This document shows positions 18,914-27,639 of a stretch of DNA of 36,900 nt, in pieces. The notes below the pieces were generated by a model. The model was not told the DNA's origin. It searched no databases and saw only the letters and a program-made list of their open reading frames with translations. Source of the stretch: Candidatus Eiseniibacteriota bacterium (GTDB lineage: Bacteria > Eisenbacteria > RBG-16-71-46 > JABDJR01 > JAWXBZ01); assembly GCA_034440375.1 (NCBI GenBank), contig JAWXBZ010000016.1, positions 1 to 36,900 of the forward strand. Reading direction: 5' to 3'. The translations under genes were made by a program, and so were the position numbers. Every line of letters starts with the position of its first letter. The stretch's first letter is position 1.

Positions 18914-19660
18914 TTAGATCGTGGTCGGGCGGAGCTCATATTCCACGGCCTCCCGGAGTGACAGGCGTCCCAGGCGGCGGTTCAACGCGGCCAACGTAGC
19001 AAACACCACGGACGTCTGCAAGTCGCGGCTGGCGGCCGCCGAGCCGGACAGGAGCAGCCGTTCACGCCCCTTCTGGTAGTGAACGCCGACGAGTACGACC
19101 GGTTCTCCCCCGAGTGGTACCGTGACCAGGTCGGCCAGCGTAAACCGGGTATTATCGCCCACGAACCGCCCGACCGCCTGAAGGGTGGCCTGGGCGATGA
19201 GCCGGAGGGAGTCGTCCTGATTGGCCGGTCCCTCGGCCTCCCCCGCCGCCTCACCGTCACCCAGCCCCAGTTCGACCCGGGCATGGGCCCGATGCGTGTT
19301 CAGCGAGAGATCGAGTCCGAGGAATTGGATTCGGCGGGAGCCAGCCGGCCGGGGATCCAGCGGCGGCACCAGTTCGATGACAGTGCCCTCTGCCAGAAGA
19401 ATCCCTTCCCGGAGGACGGAGTCGTCCCGGCGCTGCGCCACGGAAATCTTGCGATGATCGACCTCGATGCGCAACTCCGCTCGCAGGGCCGAACGCACGT
19501 CACGCGCGATCTGCTTGGGCGGCCGATCACCGGTGGCCAGGATGTTGACTTCCAGAATGTCATCGCCCTCGCAGGCGATGTCGACCCCCGTCACGTCACG
19601 GAGGCTCAGGATCAGTGACTCTGCCCTCTCAACCCATCCCGCGGTCGGATTCGACTCCAC
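18914..19660 (-). CDS. Hypothetical cytoplasmic protein (N-terminal PKQIARD...DHRKISVAQ domain; C-terminal duplicated beta/alpha domain resembling the LeuA allosteric domain)
   Basis: GTG start behind AGGGGGTGG; normal globular composition; repeated ATLQAV / ATLAAL helices; own promoter upstream. Confidence 0.8.
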   Translation of the reverse strand: MESNPTAGWVERAESLILSLRDVTGVDIACEGDDILEVNILATGDRPPKQIARDVRSALRAELRIEVDHRKISVAQRRDDSVLREGILLAEGTVIELVPPLDPRPAGSRRIQFLGLDLSLNTHRAHARVELGLGDGEAAGEAEGPANQDDSLRLIAQATLQAVGRFVGDNTRFTLADLVTVPLGGEPVVLVGVHYQKGRERLLLSGSAAASRDLQTSVVFATLAALNRRLGRLSLREAVEYELRPTTI

Positions 19661-19700
19661 GCGGCCACCCCCTGCACACGATCCCCCCAGATCTCATGGA

Positions 19701-19729
19701 GTTATAGCATTTCGGGTCCCCGAGTCCAA
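19701..19729 (-). promoter_or_regulatory. Putative sigma70 promoter for the hypothetical / peptide / HD-GYP unit
   Basis: TTGGAC-N17-TATAAC with extended -10 TG (TGcTATAAC). Confidence 0.6.
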
Positions 19730-19746
19730 GGGGCGGTGAATCTTTT

Positions 19747-20655
19747 TCAGGCCGGGACGAAGTCGGAGAGCTGCTTGATCTCCCGAATCCGGTCGGCCAC
19801 TTCCTCCTTCGTGGCCCCGGCCAGCCGGTCCAGGCTGAAGGACTCGACCGCAAAGGAGGCCATCACGGTACCGGTCACGACGGCCCGGCGCAGCTCAGCC
19901 TCGGTGACATCCTTGCAGGACGCCAGGTGTCCAACGAAGCCTCCCGCAAACGTATCCCCGGCCCCCGTCGGGTCGAAGAGGCGCTCAATCGGATAGGCCG
20001 GGGCGGAAAAAGTGAAGTCCCGGGTGAACAGGATCGACCCGTGCTCCCCCTTCTTGACCACCACGATGGAGGGCCCCATGGTGAGAACGGCACGGGCGGC
20101 CTTGATCAGGTTGGATTCTCCGGTCAGTTCCCGGGTCTCGCCATCATTAAGGAAAACCAGGTCGACGCGACGGAGGGTCTCCATCAGCGACTCCCTCGAT
20201 CGCTCGATCCAGAAGTTCATGGTGTCCATGAGGACCACTTCGGGGCGCTCCACCTGATCGAGCACCCGGCGCTGCAGGCCGGGATCGATATTGGCCAGGA
20301 AGAGGAACCGCGGTTGCCGGTACGCCATCGGGATCACCGGATCAAAGTCGGCAAAGACGTTGAGCTGGGTGTCCAGGGTTTCGCGGCTGTTGAGATCGAA
20401 TCCATACTCGCCGGCCCAGCGAAATGTGCGGCCTTTTGTCACCGTCAGGCCGGTGGTGTCGATGCCGCGCGCCTGAAACATGGCAATGTGTTCCTTCGGG
20501 AAGTCATCCCCCACGACGGCCACCAGGTTGACCGGCGTGAAGAGTCGTGCGGCCACCGAAAAAAATGAGGCGGACCCCCCCAGCACGTCATCGGCCCGTC
20601 CAAACGGCGTGATGACGGTGTCGAGGGCCACCGATCCGACGACAAGTGCGCTCAC
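19747..20655 (-). CDS. PfkB-family sugar/nucleoside kinase
   Basis: VVGSVALD, LGGSA, VKKGEHG, DPTGAGDTFAGG; true start GTG 20655 (GTGA overlap, GGAG SD). Confidence 0.92.
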   Translation of the reverse strand: MSALVVGSVALDTVITPFGRADDVLGGSASFFSVAARLFTPVNLVAVVGDDFPKEHIAMFQARGIDTTGLTVTKGRTFRWAGEYGFDLNSRETLDTQLNVFADFDPVIPMAYRQPRFLFLANIDPGLQRRVLDQVERPEVVLMDTMNFWIERSRESLMETLRRVDLVFLNDGETRELTGESNLIKAARAVLTMGPSIVVVKKGEHGSILFTRDFTFSAPAYPIERLFDPTGAGDTFAGGFVGHLASCKDVTEAELRRAVVTGTVMASFAVESFSLDRLAGATKEEVADRIREIKQLSDFVPA

Positions 20656-21557
20656 AGTGAACTCCTTTCGGCAATCGACGAGGGTGCCGCGGACGGAAGG
20701 TATCGTTTCGCCAGGACCAGGCCGGCCAATAGCATCACGGCCCCGCCGGCCAGGAACAGCGGCTCCGGCCAGTCGGGCACCAGCGGATCGTATTCCGGAT
20801 GAAGTCGACTCATGACAAAGGACGTTCCGTTGGTGATGGCATGCGCGATCAGCGGCGGCCAGAGGCTGCCGGTCCTCTCCCGCCAAAAAGCGAACAACGT
20901 GCCCAGAATGACGGCCGGCACGACCTGCCAGGGAAGGACATGCATGATCCCGAACAGCAAACCGGAGTAAAGGATCGCCTTGTTGGGTCCGTACCGAATC
21001 GAAAGGCTTCGCTGCAGGACGCCCCGGAAAAAAAATTCCTCCGTCACCGGGGCGATCACCACCAGGAAGATGGCGGAGAGAACGAGGGGCGCCTCACTGC
21101 CCAGCAGTTGCTTGAATATCTGGACGATGAAATCCGGCGGCGGAAGCAGCCGGAAGAGTCCGGTTGATACCAGTTCGGCCAGCACCAGCGTACCGCCGAA
21201 CAGCAGTAGCATGGTCAGGGCCGCCATGACCGGGACACCGTGAAGCGGAAAGGCCTGTCGGGCCGGCAGTTTCGAGCGTCGCCAGGTGAACCAGGTGATC
21301 AGGCCGAATGCGATTGAGTTGGCCACAATTCCCACCGCCGCCAGCGCCATCGTTTGTGTGAAGCTGCCGTGCGCCAGGTAGTCCGCAATCATGCCGGGGA
21401 GGATCAGGACACCACCCACGACGTTGGCGATCAGATGGATCAGGAAGAGGAGGAACAGCGCCTGAAGGAATCCGGGGAACTGCTTCGACGGGGTGACCGG
21501 CCAGGGCGGTATCGCTGATGCCGAACCGACCGATTCGACCGACAACTGGTCCGACAT
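20652..21557 (-). CDS. CPBP (CAAX/Abi) intramembrane glutamic protease
   Basis: EEFFFRG, FGIMH and AHAITN motifs; multiple TM segments. Confidence 0.9.
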   Translation of the reverse strand: MSDQLSVESVGSASAIPPWPVTPSKQFPGFLQALFLLFLIHLIANVVGGVLILPGMIADYLAHGSFTQTMALAAVGIVANSIAFGLITWFTWRRSKLPARQAFPLHGVPVMAALTMLLLFGGTLVLAELVSTGLFRLLPPPDFIVQIFKQLLGSEAPLVLSAIFLVVIAPVTEEFFFRGVLQRSLSIRYGPNKAILYSGLLFGIMHVLPWQVVPAVILGTLFAFWRERTGSLWPPLIAHAITNGTSFVMSRLHPEYDPLVPDWPEPLFLAGGAVMLLAGLVLAKRYLPSAAPSSIAERSSL

Positions 21558-21561
21558 CCGC

Positions 21562-23232
21562 CTACATGCTCTCCGGCGCATCGACGTTGATCAGGGCCAT
21601 GCCGTTGGCCAGGGCCTGTTTCACCGCCGCACACAGTTTGATACGTGCGTGCGCCAGTGCCGGCTCCTCTCCCACCACCCGGCACTGGTGATAGAAGGGG
21701 TGGAATGCGGCGGAGAGATCACGCAGGTAATTCGTGATGCGATGGCACTCTCTATGTATCGCTGAACCCACTATGGTCTCCGGGAGGCGCGTCAGTAGGC
21801 GTATCAGGGTGATTTCGGTTGGATGTGTTAGGAGCTTGCTGTCACCGGCGGCTGGGTTATCTGCACCTGGCGTGCCAGATTCAATAGCCTTTTTCAATAA
21901 GCTGGCTATTCTGGCGTGGGCGTATTTTACGTAGAATACTGGGTTCTCGTCGCTTGTCTTGCGGGCGACATCTAAGTCGAAATCCAGGTGGCTGCTGGCT
22001 TTTCTCATCAGGAAGAAGAAGATGGCGGTGTCTTTGCCGACGTCGTCCACCAGGTCGGCCAGGGTTACCATTTCGCCGGCTCGTTTTGACATCTTCACCG
22101 GCAGGCCCGCGGACAACAGGTTGACCTGCTGGACGATGATGACCTCGAGCCACTTCTTGTCGAAGCCCATGATTTCCATGCCGGCTTGCATCCTCGGAAT
22201 ATGGCCATGGTGGTCGGGGCCCCAGATGTCGATGACATGGTCGAAGCCTCGGGCGTGCTTGTCGGCGTGATAGGCCAGGTCGGCCAGGAAGTAGGTCGGT
22301 TCACCGTTACCGCGGACCAGGACGCGGTCCTGGTCGTCGCCGAAGCGGGTCGTGGCCAACCACTCCGCATCGTCCTTTTCCACGACGTAACCGCGTTCCC
22401 TGATCAGCGCCAGCGTGCGCTGCACGGCGTCGGGATAGAGTTCCGACTGCCGAAACCAGCGGTCGAATGTCGTGCCGTATTTTTCCAGATCGCCCTTCTG
22501 CCAGGCGAGGATCCGCGCCGTGGCAATGGCGCTGAAATCCCGGGCAATCGCCTCATCGGTGCCGCGAGCCAGCGCCGTCTCGACTTCCGGACCCGCCAGT
22601 TGTCCCGCGATGTCGGCCAGGTACGCACCTTGATAACCATTCTCGGGGATGACCGCGGCCCCCTGTCCCCTGGCCTCGCGATGGCGCGCCAGGAGGCTCT
22701 GGCCGAGCAGATCGATCTGGTTGCCCACGTCATTCACGTAGAATTCCGTGGACGAACGCCAGCCGGCCGCATGGAACAACCGGGCCAGGGTGCCGCCAAA
22801 GGCAGCGGCCCGCGCATTGACAACGTTGAGCGGTCCGGTTGGATTGGCGCTGACGAACTCCACGAGCAGTTTCCGTCCGGCGCCCGTGTCGCTTTGTCCG
22901 TACGCCGCCCCCTCGGCCAGCACCCGGCCGGGCACGGCCTCAAGCGCCGCGCGGGACAACGTCAGATTGAGGAACCCGGGACCGGCCACCTCGATCTTCT
23001 CGAGCAGATCGCCATGGGAGCCCATCGCGTCGGCCAGCTGGCCTGCGATCTCGCGCGGGTTCTTCCTGAGCGACTTTGCCAGGAGCATGGCCGCGTTGCT
23101 GCTGTAGTCGCCGTACCCTTCCTCGCGGGGAACGGCAATCTCGGGATCTGGCACGAGATCGGCCGCCTCCGGCCAGAGCCCCGCGATGGTGTCGCGCAGG
23201 CGCCCGGCCAGTTCGCTTTCAATCGTCGGCAA
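21562..23232 (-). CDS. argS: Arginyl-tRNA synthetase
   Basis: GDYSSNAAM, AGPGFLN, EFVSANPTGPL, WGPDHHGH, KMSKRAG, YAHARI, final APESM; TTG start at 23232 overlapping rsfS. Confidence 0.95.
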   Translation of the reverse strand: MPTIESELAGRLRDTIAGLWPEAADLVPDPEIAVPREEGYGDYSSNAAMLLAKSLRKNPREIAGQLADAMGSHGDLLEKIEVAGPGFLNLTLSRAALEAVPGRVLAEGAAYGQSDTGAGRKLLVEFVSANPTGPLNVVNARAAAFGGTLARLFHAAGWRSSTEFYVNDVGNQIDLLGQSLLARHREARGQGAAVIPENGYQGAYLADIAGQLAGPEVETALARGTDEAIARDFSAIATARILAWQKGDLEKYGTTFDRWFRQSELYPDAVQRTLALIRERGYVVEKDDAEWLATTRFGDDQDRVLVRGNGEPTYFLADLAYHADKHARGFDHVIDIWGPDHHGHIPRMQAGMEIMGFDKKWLEVIIVQQVNLLSAGLPVKMSKRAGEMVTLADLVDDVGKDTAIFFFLMRKASSHLDFDLDVARKTSDENPVFYVKYAHARIASLLKKAIESGTPGADNPAAGDSKLLTHPTEITLIRLLTRLPETIVGSAIHRECHRITNYLRDLSAAFHPFYHQCRVVGEEPALAHARIKLCAAVKQALANGMALINVDAPESM

Positions 23233-23623
23233 TCTCTTCCCTTCCAGCGTCCCGCCAGAGCTTTTCGAGCTGGTAAAGATCGCGCGCATCCGGATTGAAA
23301 ACGTGAACCACCACGTCGACGAAGTCGAGCAGTACCCAGCGGCCGGTGGAATGCCCCTCGACATGCCAGACACGGTGCCCGAGTTCCTTCATCCCATCCT
23401 CCACCTGGTCGGCGATGGCGCGGACCTGCGTGTCGCTCTGGCCGGTGGCAATGATGAAGTAGTCACAGACTCCGGTCAGCTGGCGGAGGTCAAGCACGAC
23501 GATGTCCCGGGCCTTTTTCTTCTGGGCTTCACGCGCGGCGGCGATGGCGACGGCGTGGGTGTCGATCGAAACCTTGCCCGTCCGGCGCGGACGCAGCGGC
23601 TCAGCGCCGGCGATGGACGACAT
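23219..23623 (-). CDS. rsfS: Ribosome silencing factor RsfS (Iojap)
   Basis: KKARDIVVLDL, DYFIIATG, WVLLDFVDVVVHVF, YQLEKLW; start uncertain (ATG 23623 inside ispB, or near 23566). Confidence 0.92.
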   Translation of the reverse strand: MSSIAGAEPLRPRRTGKVSIDTHAVAIAAAREAQKKKARDIVVLDLRQLTGVCDYFIIATGQSDTQVRAIADQVEDGMKELGHRVWHVEGHSTGRWVLLDFVDVVVHVFNPDARDLYQLEKLWRDAGREEIADD

Positions 23624-24638
23624 AATCAACGACAGCGGCCAGGGTGTTTTTCGTGGGAGAGTCGTCAAAGTCCTCGAGCGCCTGAACGGCCTGGTCGGCA
23701 TAGCGCCGGGCCATGTCACGACTGTAGTCGAGTCCGCCGAATTCTGCAGTGAAATCGAAAATGGTGTTCCATCCTGTCTCGGTCATTTCCGGCGCCAGGA
23801 TGAGCTCGCGGATCAAACCGGCGCGCTCGAATGGGGCCTGACGGAAGGCGTGGATCAAGGGGAGCGTCATCTTTCCATCCCGGATGTCGGCCCCGGTGGA
23901 CTTGCCGATATGGCCGCTGTCTCCCACGAAGTCGAGGAGATCATCCGTGATCTGGAAAGCCATGCCGAGTTCGGTGCCGAAGCGGCGAAGTGCCTCCCTC
24001 TCCCGGCCGTCACCAAAGGTCAGGAAGGCGCCGATCTCACAGGCGGCCGCGATCAGGGTGGCGGTCTTTTCGTCGATCATCTTGAGATAGGTCGCTTCGG
24101 TGATCGACAGATCGCGTTTCTTTTCCAGCTCGAGCATTTCGCCGATCGACATGCGATACGTGGTGCCGGCCAGGATCCCCATGACCTCCCAGAGGCCGTG
24201 CTCACGAAGCAGGAAGAATCCCTTGGAGTACAGATAGTCCCCCATGATCACGGCGGTCTGATCGTTCCAGAGGGAGTTGACGGTGGGGAGCCCGCGCCGG
24301 AGATAGGAGCGGTCGATCGAATCGTCGTGGACCAGTGTGGCGGTATGGATCAACTCCACGATAGTGGCGGACACGATGACCGAATGGCTTACTGTTGGCG
24401 CCGCCAGGCGGGCCGCCAGGAGCGTCAGGGTCGGGCGCATCCGTTTGCCGACCGTCAGGACGACATGATTGGCAATCTCGTTGATCAGGGCCACGTCCGA
24501 CGAGGCGAAGAAGCGAACCAACTCCTCCTGGACAAGATCAAGCTCGATCCGGACCGACTCCTGTATTTCGGAAATGGTGACCAGCCGCCCGGGGGCGGCC
24601 ATCTCGGTGCGATCAGTCATGCGTTGTCCCGGATTCAT
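23601..24638 (-). CDS. ispB: Long-chain polyprenyl diphosphate synthase (IspB/HepT-like)
   Basis: GKRMRP, ELIHTATLVHDDSID..RRG, GDYL, KTA, FQITDDLLD, GKMTLP. Confidence 0.88.
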   Translation of the reverse strand: MNPGQRMTDRTEMAAPGRLVTISEIQESVRIELDLVQEELVRFFASSDVALINEIANHVVLTVGKRMRPTLTLLAARLAAPTVSHSVIVSATIVELIHTATLVHDDSIDRSYLRRGLPTVNSLWNDQTAVIMGDYLYSKGFFLLREHGLWEVMGILAGTTYRMSIGEMLELEKKRDLSITEATYLKMIDEKTATLIAAACEIGAFLTFGDGREREALRRFGTELGMAFQITDDLLDFVGDSGHIGKSTGADIRDGKMTLPLIHAFRQAPFERAGLIRELILAPEMTETGWNTIFDFTAEFGGLDYSRDMARRYADQAVQALEDFDDSPTKNTLAAVVDYVVHRRR

Positions 24639-24689
24639 GAGATGTCCGCTGCCCGGCGCCCAAGCGTGGTCGAGGCAGGACCGACTAGA

Positions 24690-26012
24690 CTACCGAGGGG
24701 CATGCTGAGTGTCAAGAAATGGGGCGACGGCCGTGTTGACCAGCGCCGCGAACTCGGCTTCCGGGAGCGCAGCCCGCCGGTCGAGGCGGACCATGACATC
24801 CCGATAGGCATCGGTCGCCCGCCGAAATTGTGCCAGCTCGGCGGCCGGGAGCGGCTCGCCTCCCGTCGATTTGAACCCCAGGGGATTGACGAACCGGCCG
24901 TCCACTTCAACCCGGAAATCAAGATGTGGTCCCGTGGCGTGACCTGTTTGCCCCACATAGCCGATCACCTGATTCTGATTGACGGAGTCTCCGGCGCGCA
25001 GGCCGCGGCCATAGTTCGACAGGTGGGCATAGTAAGTTTCAATACCGTCGGCGTGTTTGATGCGGACCAGTTTTCCATAACCGTTGACCCACCCCACCGA
25101 GCGGACCGTGCCCTCAGCCACCGCCACGACCGGGGTGCCGGTCGGCGCGGCGTAATCAACCCCAAGGTGGGGCCGTACGGTCTTGAAGATCGGGTGACGC
25201 CGGTTCTGACTGAATCCGGAAGAGATGCGGGTGTAGTTCAGCGGCGACTTGAGAAAGGCCCGCTTCAGCGCCTGGCCGTCGGGGCGATACCACTCCCCCT
25301 TGCCGTGTGTCCGCTCGTACCAGTACGCCTGTACAGCCTCGTCGCCGTTCTGATACTGCCCTGAGAGGAGCCGCATCGTGCCAATGGGACGCCCATCCCG
25401 GAGCCGCTCCTCGAGCAGGCACTCGAACCGGTCGCCGTCGCGTGTCTCGGTGACAAAGTCGACGTCGTAGCTGAAGACCTCGCAAAAGGTGGCCACGAGC
25501 CCCGCGTCGAGACCCGTCTTGATCATGCTGGCGTAGAGCGAACCGCGGACATCGCCCGACACCTTGCGGTAGACCCGATCGAACGGTTCGATCTCCCGCC
25601 AGGCCTTGAGGCCTGTCGAATCCGGCTCGACCACGAAATATCCCAGGTCGTCGGGCTGGAATTCCAGCCGCATCAACGAACCATCCTCGTGCGAGAGAAT
25701 CCGGTACTGATGATCCGTTTGAACACGACGAAGATCGAAAAGTGAGCCCAGCCGGTCGACCCAGGCCCGGGCCTCTTCCGGACGCACGCCCTCATTCTCG
25801 AGAACTTCGGCCAGTGTCGAACCGCGAGGCACGTGCCCTACTTCCAGGCACCCCGGTCGGTTCGTTACCGCCGTGGGAATGGACGGAGTCAGGAGGCCCG
25901 TCGTGTCCTGATACGGCCCCTTGAAGATTCGCACGGAAAGGCCGATGGCCAGGAAGGCCACGAGCGGCACAATTGCCGCGATGGGCGCCAGGCGCCGGTG
26001 TCGTTTCGGCAT
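24690..26012 (-). CDS. M23 murein DD-endopeptidase (MepM/Csd3-like) with N-terminal TM helix
   Basis: HLGVDYAAP, YAHL and ATGPHLDF Zn motifs; ATG 26012 behind GAGGAG. Confidence 0.92.
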   Translation of the reverse strand: MPKRHRRLAPIAAIVPLVAFLAIGLSVRIFKGPYQDTTGLLTPSIPTAVTNRPGCLEVGHVPRGSTLAEVLENEGVRPEEARAWVDRLGSLFDLRRVQTDHQYRILSHEDGSLMRLEFQPDDLGYFVVEPDSTGLKAWREIEPFDRVYRKVSGDVRGSLYASMIKTGLDAGLVATFCEVFSYDVDFVTETRDGDRFECLLEERLRDGRPIGTMRLLSGQYQNGDEAVQAYWYERTHGKGEWYRPDGQALKRAFLKSPLNYTRISSGFSQNRRHPIFKTVRPHLGVDYAAPTGTPVVAVAEGTVRSVGWVNGYGKLVRIKHADGIETYYAHLSNYGRGLRAGDSVNQNQVIGYVGQTGHATGPHLDFRVEVDGRFVNPLGFKSTGGEPLPAAELAQFRRATDAYRDVMVRLDRRAALPEAEFAALVNTAVAPFLDTQHAPR

Positions 26013-26146
26013 TAAACTCCTCACCGGGTGCGCCCTGGCCGGGCAGACCCGCCTGCTGGGATTGGTGGCAAGTTGCGTACGGAATGGCCCTGACCGGCGG
26101 TGAGGGGACTCAAGTTGTTGCGGCCGGCCCGGATAGAATGACCGGG

Positions 26147-26175
26147 ACTGTAGGAAGAACGGGCTGAGCTGTCAA
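26147..26175 (-). promoter_or_regulatory. Putative sigma70 promoter of the M23 gene
   Basis: TTGACA-N17-TACAGT, overlapping the cca stop codon. Confidence 0.6.
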
Positions 26176-27557
26176 GTCATCTTTCGGTAGTCAATTGACA
26201 GCAATTGCCGTAGCCCTTCCGGGGTGTTCCTGGCGGGGTCTTCGATGACTCGATCGAGAAGAAAGCGGAGCGCCTCCCCCACGGCGGGCCCGCCCGCGAG
26301 ATTGAGGGCCTCCATGACCTCCCGGCCGCCGATTGCCAGTTGACTGACGTCCAGGACCGCCGAGCGGGCCAGTTCGGCCTCGACTCGTACCCGCAATTCC
26401 CCGATATCGCCCGAAAAGAATGCGTCGGGCCCTTTTCCCAGCGAATCGGCCAGCCGCAGGTCGAAGAGATCCGCCACCTGGTCGATACCGACGCGCTTGA
26501 TGAACCGGCGCACCGCCGCGTCGGTCCAGTGACCGTCGTAGTGAAACATGTGGTTGTCGACGAGGGAGGACACGCGATCGACGACGGCGGGCGGATACCT
26601 GAGTCGGGTCAGAATGCCCCGGGTCATCACCGAGCCGACATGCTGATGGTTGTAGAAAGTCCCGTCGCCGCTCACCACAACCTTCGTTCTCGGTTTGGCG
26701 ATATCGTGCAACAATGCCGCCAGCCGCACTTCGAGCTTCGACCCCGGGGCGTTGTCCAGCACCTGCAGCGAGTGACCGTATACATCGTACGAATGCCAGC
26801 GATTCTGATGACAGCCGACCCCCTCGAGCATTTCGGGGAGCACCAGGCCGAGCAGTTCGGTGCGTCGCATCATCTCGATGGCGCGCGAAGGCAGGTCGGC
26901 GAGAAGCATCTTGTTGAACTCATCCCGCACGCGCTCCGGTGACACCATCCGAACCGAGTGGAGCGCTTTCGGAATGGCCAGGGCCGTTGCCTCTTCCAGG
27001 TCGAAGCCGAGTTGCACCGCCAGGCGGATGGCTCGCAACGGGCGCAGGCCATCCTCCGTGAAACGCCGAATTGGATCGCCGACCGCCCGAACGACGCCCG
27101 CGTCGAGATCCTTGAGTCCACCCCACGGATCGCGAAACTGATCATCGAGCAGGGAGAAGGCCATCGCATTGATGGTCAGATCCCGGCGCGCCAGGTCCTC
27201 CTCGATCGAGCGAACGAACAGGACAGCGTCGGGATGCCGCGCGTCGGAATAGCCGACATCCGTTCGAAACGTTGTCACCTCGACATGCGTCCCATCGACG
27301 ACTGAAGTGACGGTCCCGTGCCGGAGGCCCGTCGCCACCGGATGCGGCAGGTGCGCCATCATCCAGTCGGGCGTGGCATCGGTAGCCAGGTCGGAATCAC
27401 CGGCCGCCCGGCCGAGGAGCAGATCCCGCACGGTGCCACCGACCAGCCATGCTTCGTGGCCGGCTTGCCGGAGCGCCGCAACGACGGATTCGGGTACACC
27501 AAACTCGGGCTTCTGCTCTTTGAGACGAAGCGCCGCTTCCGCTTCGGTGAGGGGCAT
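26172..27557 (-). CDS. cca: tRNA nucleotidyltransferase (CCA-adding class II) with HD domain
   Basis: VGGTVRDLLLG, DSDLAT, RRDLTINA, EDGLR, SPERVRDE, LLHDIAKP. Confidence 0.9.
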   Translation of the reverse strand: MPLTEAEAALRLKEQKPEFGVPESVVAALRQAGHEAWLVGGTVRDLLLGRAAGDSDLATDATPDWMMAHLPHPVATGLRHGTVTSVVDGTHVEVTTFRTDVGYSDARHPDAVLFVRSIEEDLARRDLTINAMAFSLLDDQFRDPWGGLKDLDAGVVRAVGDPIRRFTEDGLRPLRAIRLAVQLGFDLEEATALAIPKALHSVRMVSPERVRDEFNKMLLADLPSRAIEMMRRTELLGLVLPEMLEGVGCHQNRWHSYDVYGHSLQVLDNAPGSKLEVRLAALLHDIAKPRTKVVVSGDGTFYNHQHVGSVMTRGILTRLRYPPAVVDRVSSLVDNHMFHYDGHWTDAAVRRFIKRVGIDQVADLFDLRLADSLGKGPDAFFSGDIGELRVRVEAELARSAVLDVSQLAIGGREVMEALNLAGGPAVGEALRFLLDRVIEDPARNTPEGLRQLLSIDYRKMT

Positions 27558-27615
27558 GAACTTCTCCAGATGCCGGGCTCCATGACCAATTAACGAAGCG
27601 GGAGATTATCACGGG

Positions 27616-27635
27616 CCGCGCGGCTGGCCGCGCGG
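27616..27635. other. Hairpin immediately after the histidine kinase stop
   Basis: CCGCGCGG-ctgg-CCGCGCGG; each arm is self-palindromic; no U-tract. Confidence 0.35.
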
Positions 27636-27639
27636 GGTA

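Noticed and set aside
18739-18999. ORF-track 66-aa ORFs 18739-18939 (-) and 18799-18999 (+) in the peptide gap
   Set aside because: They overlap the upstream gene and have no evident SD or coherent composition; the 23-aa frame has a clear SD and a structured sequence.
21881-22153. 90-aa alternative-frame ORF overlapping the argS codon anomaly
   Set aside because: Arg/Pro-rich shadow composition, no clear SD, and it covers only part of the anomaly, so it is not a convincing overprinted gene.
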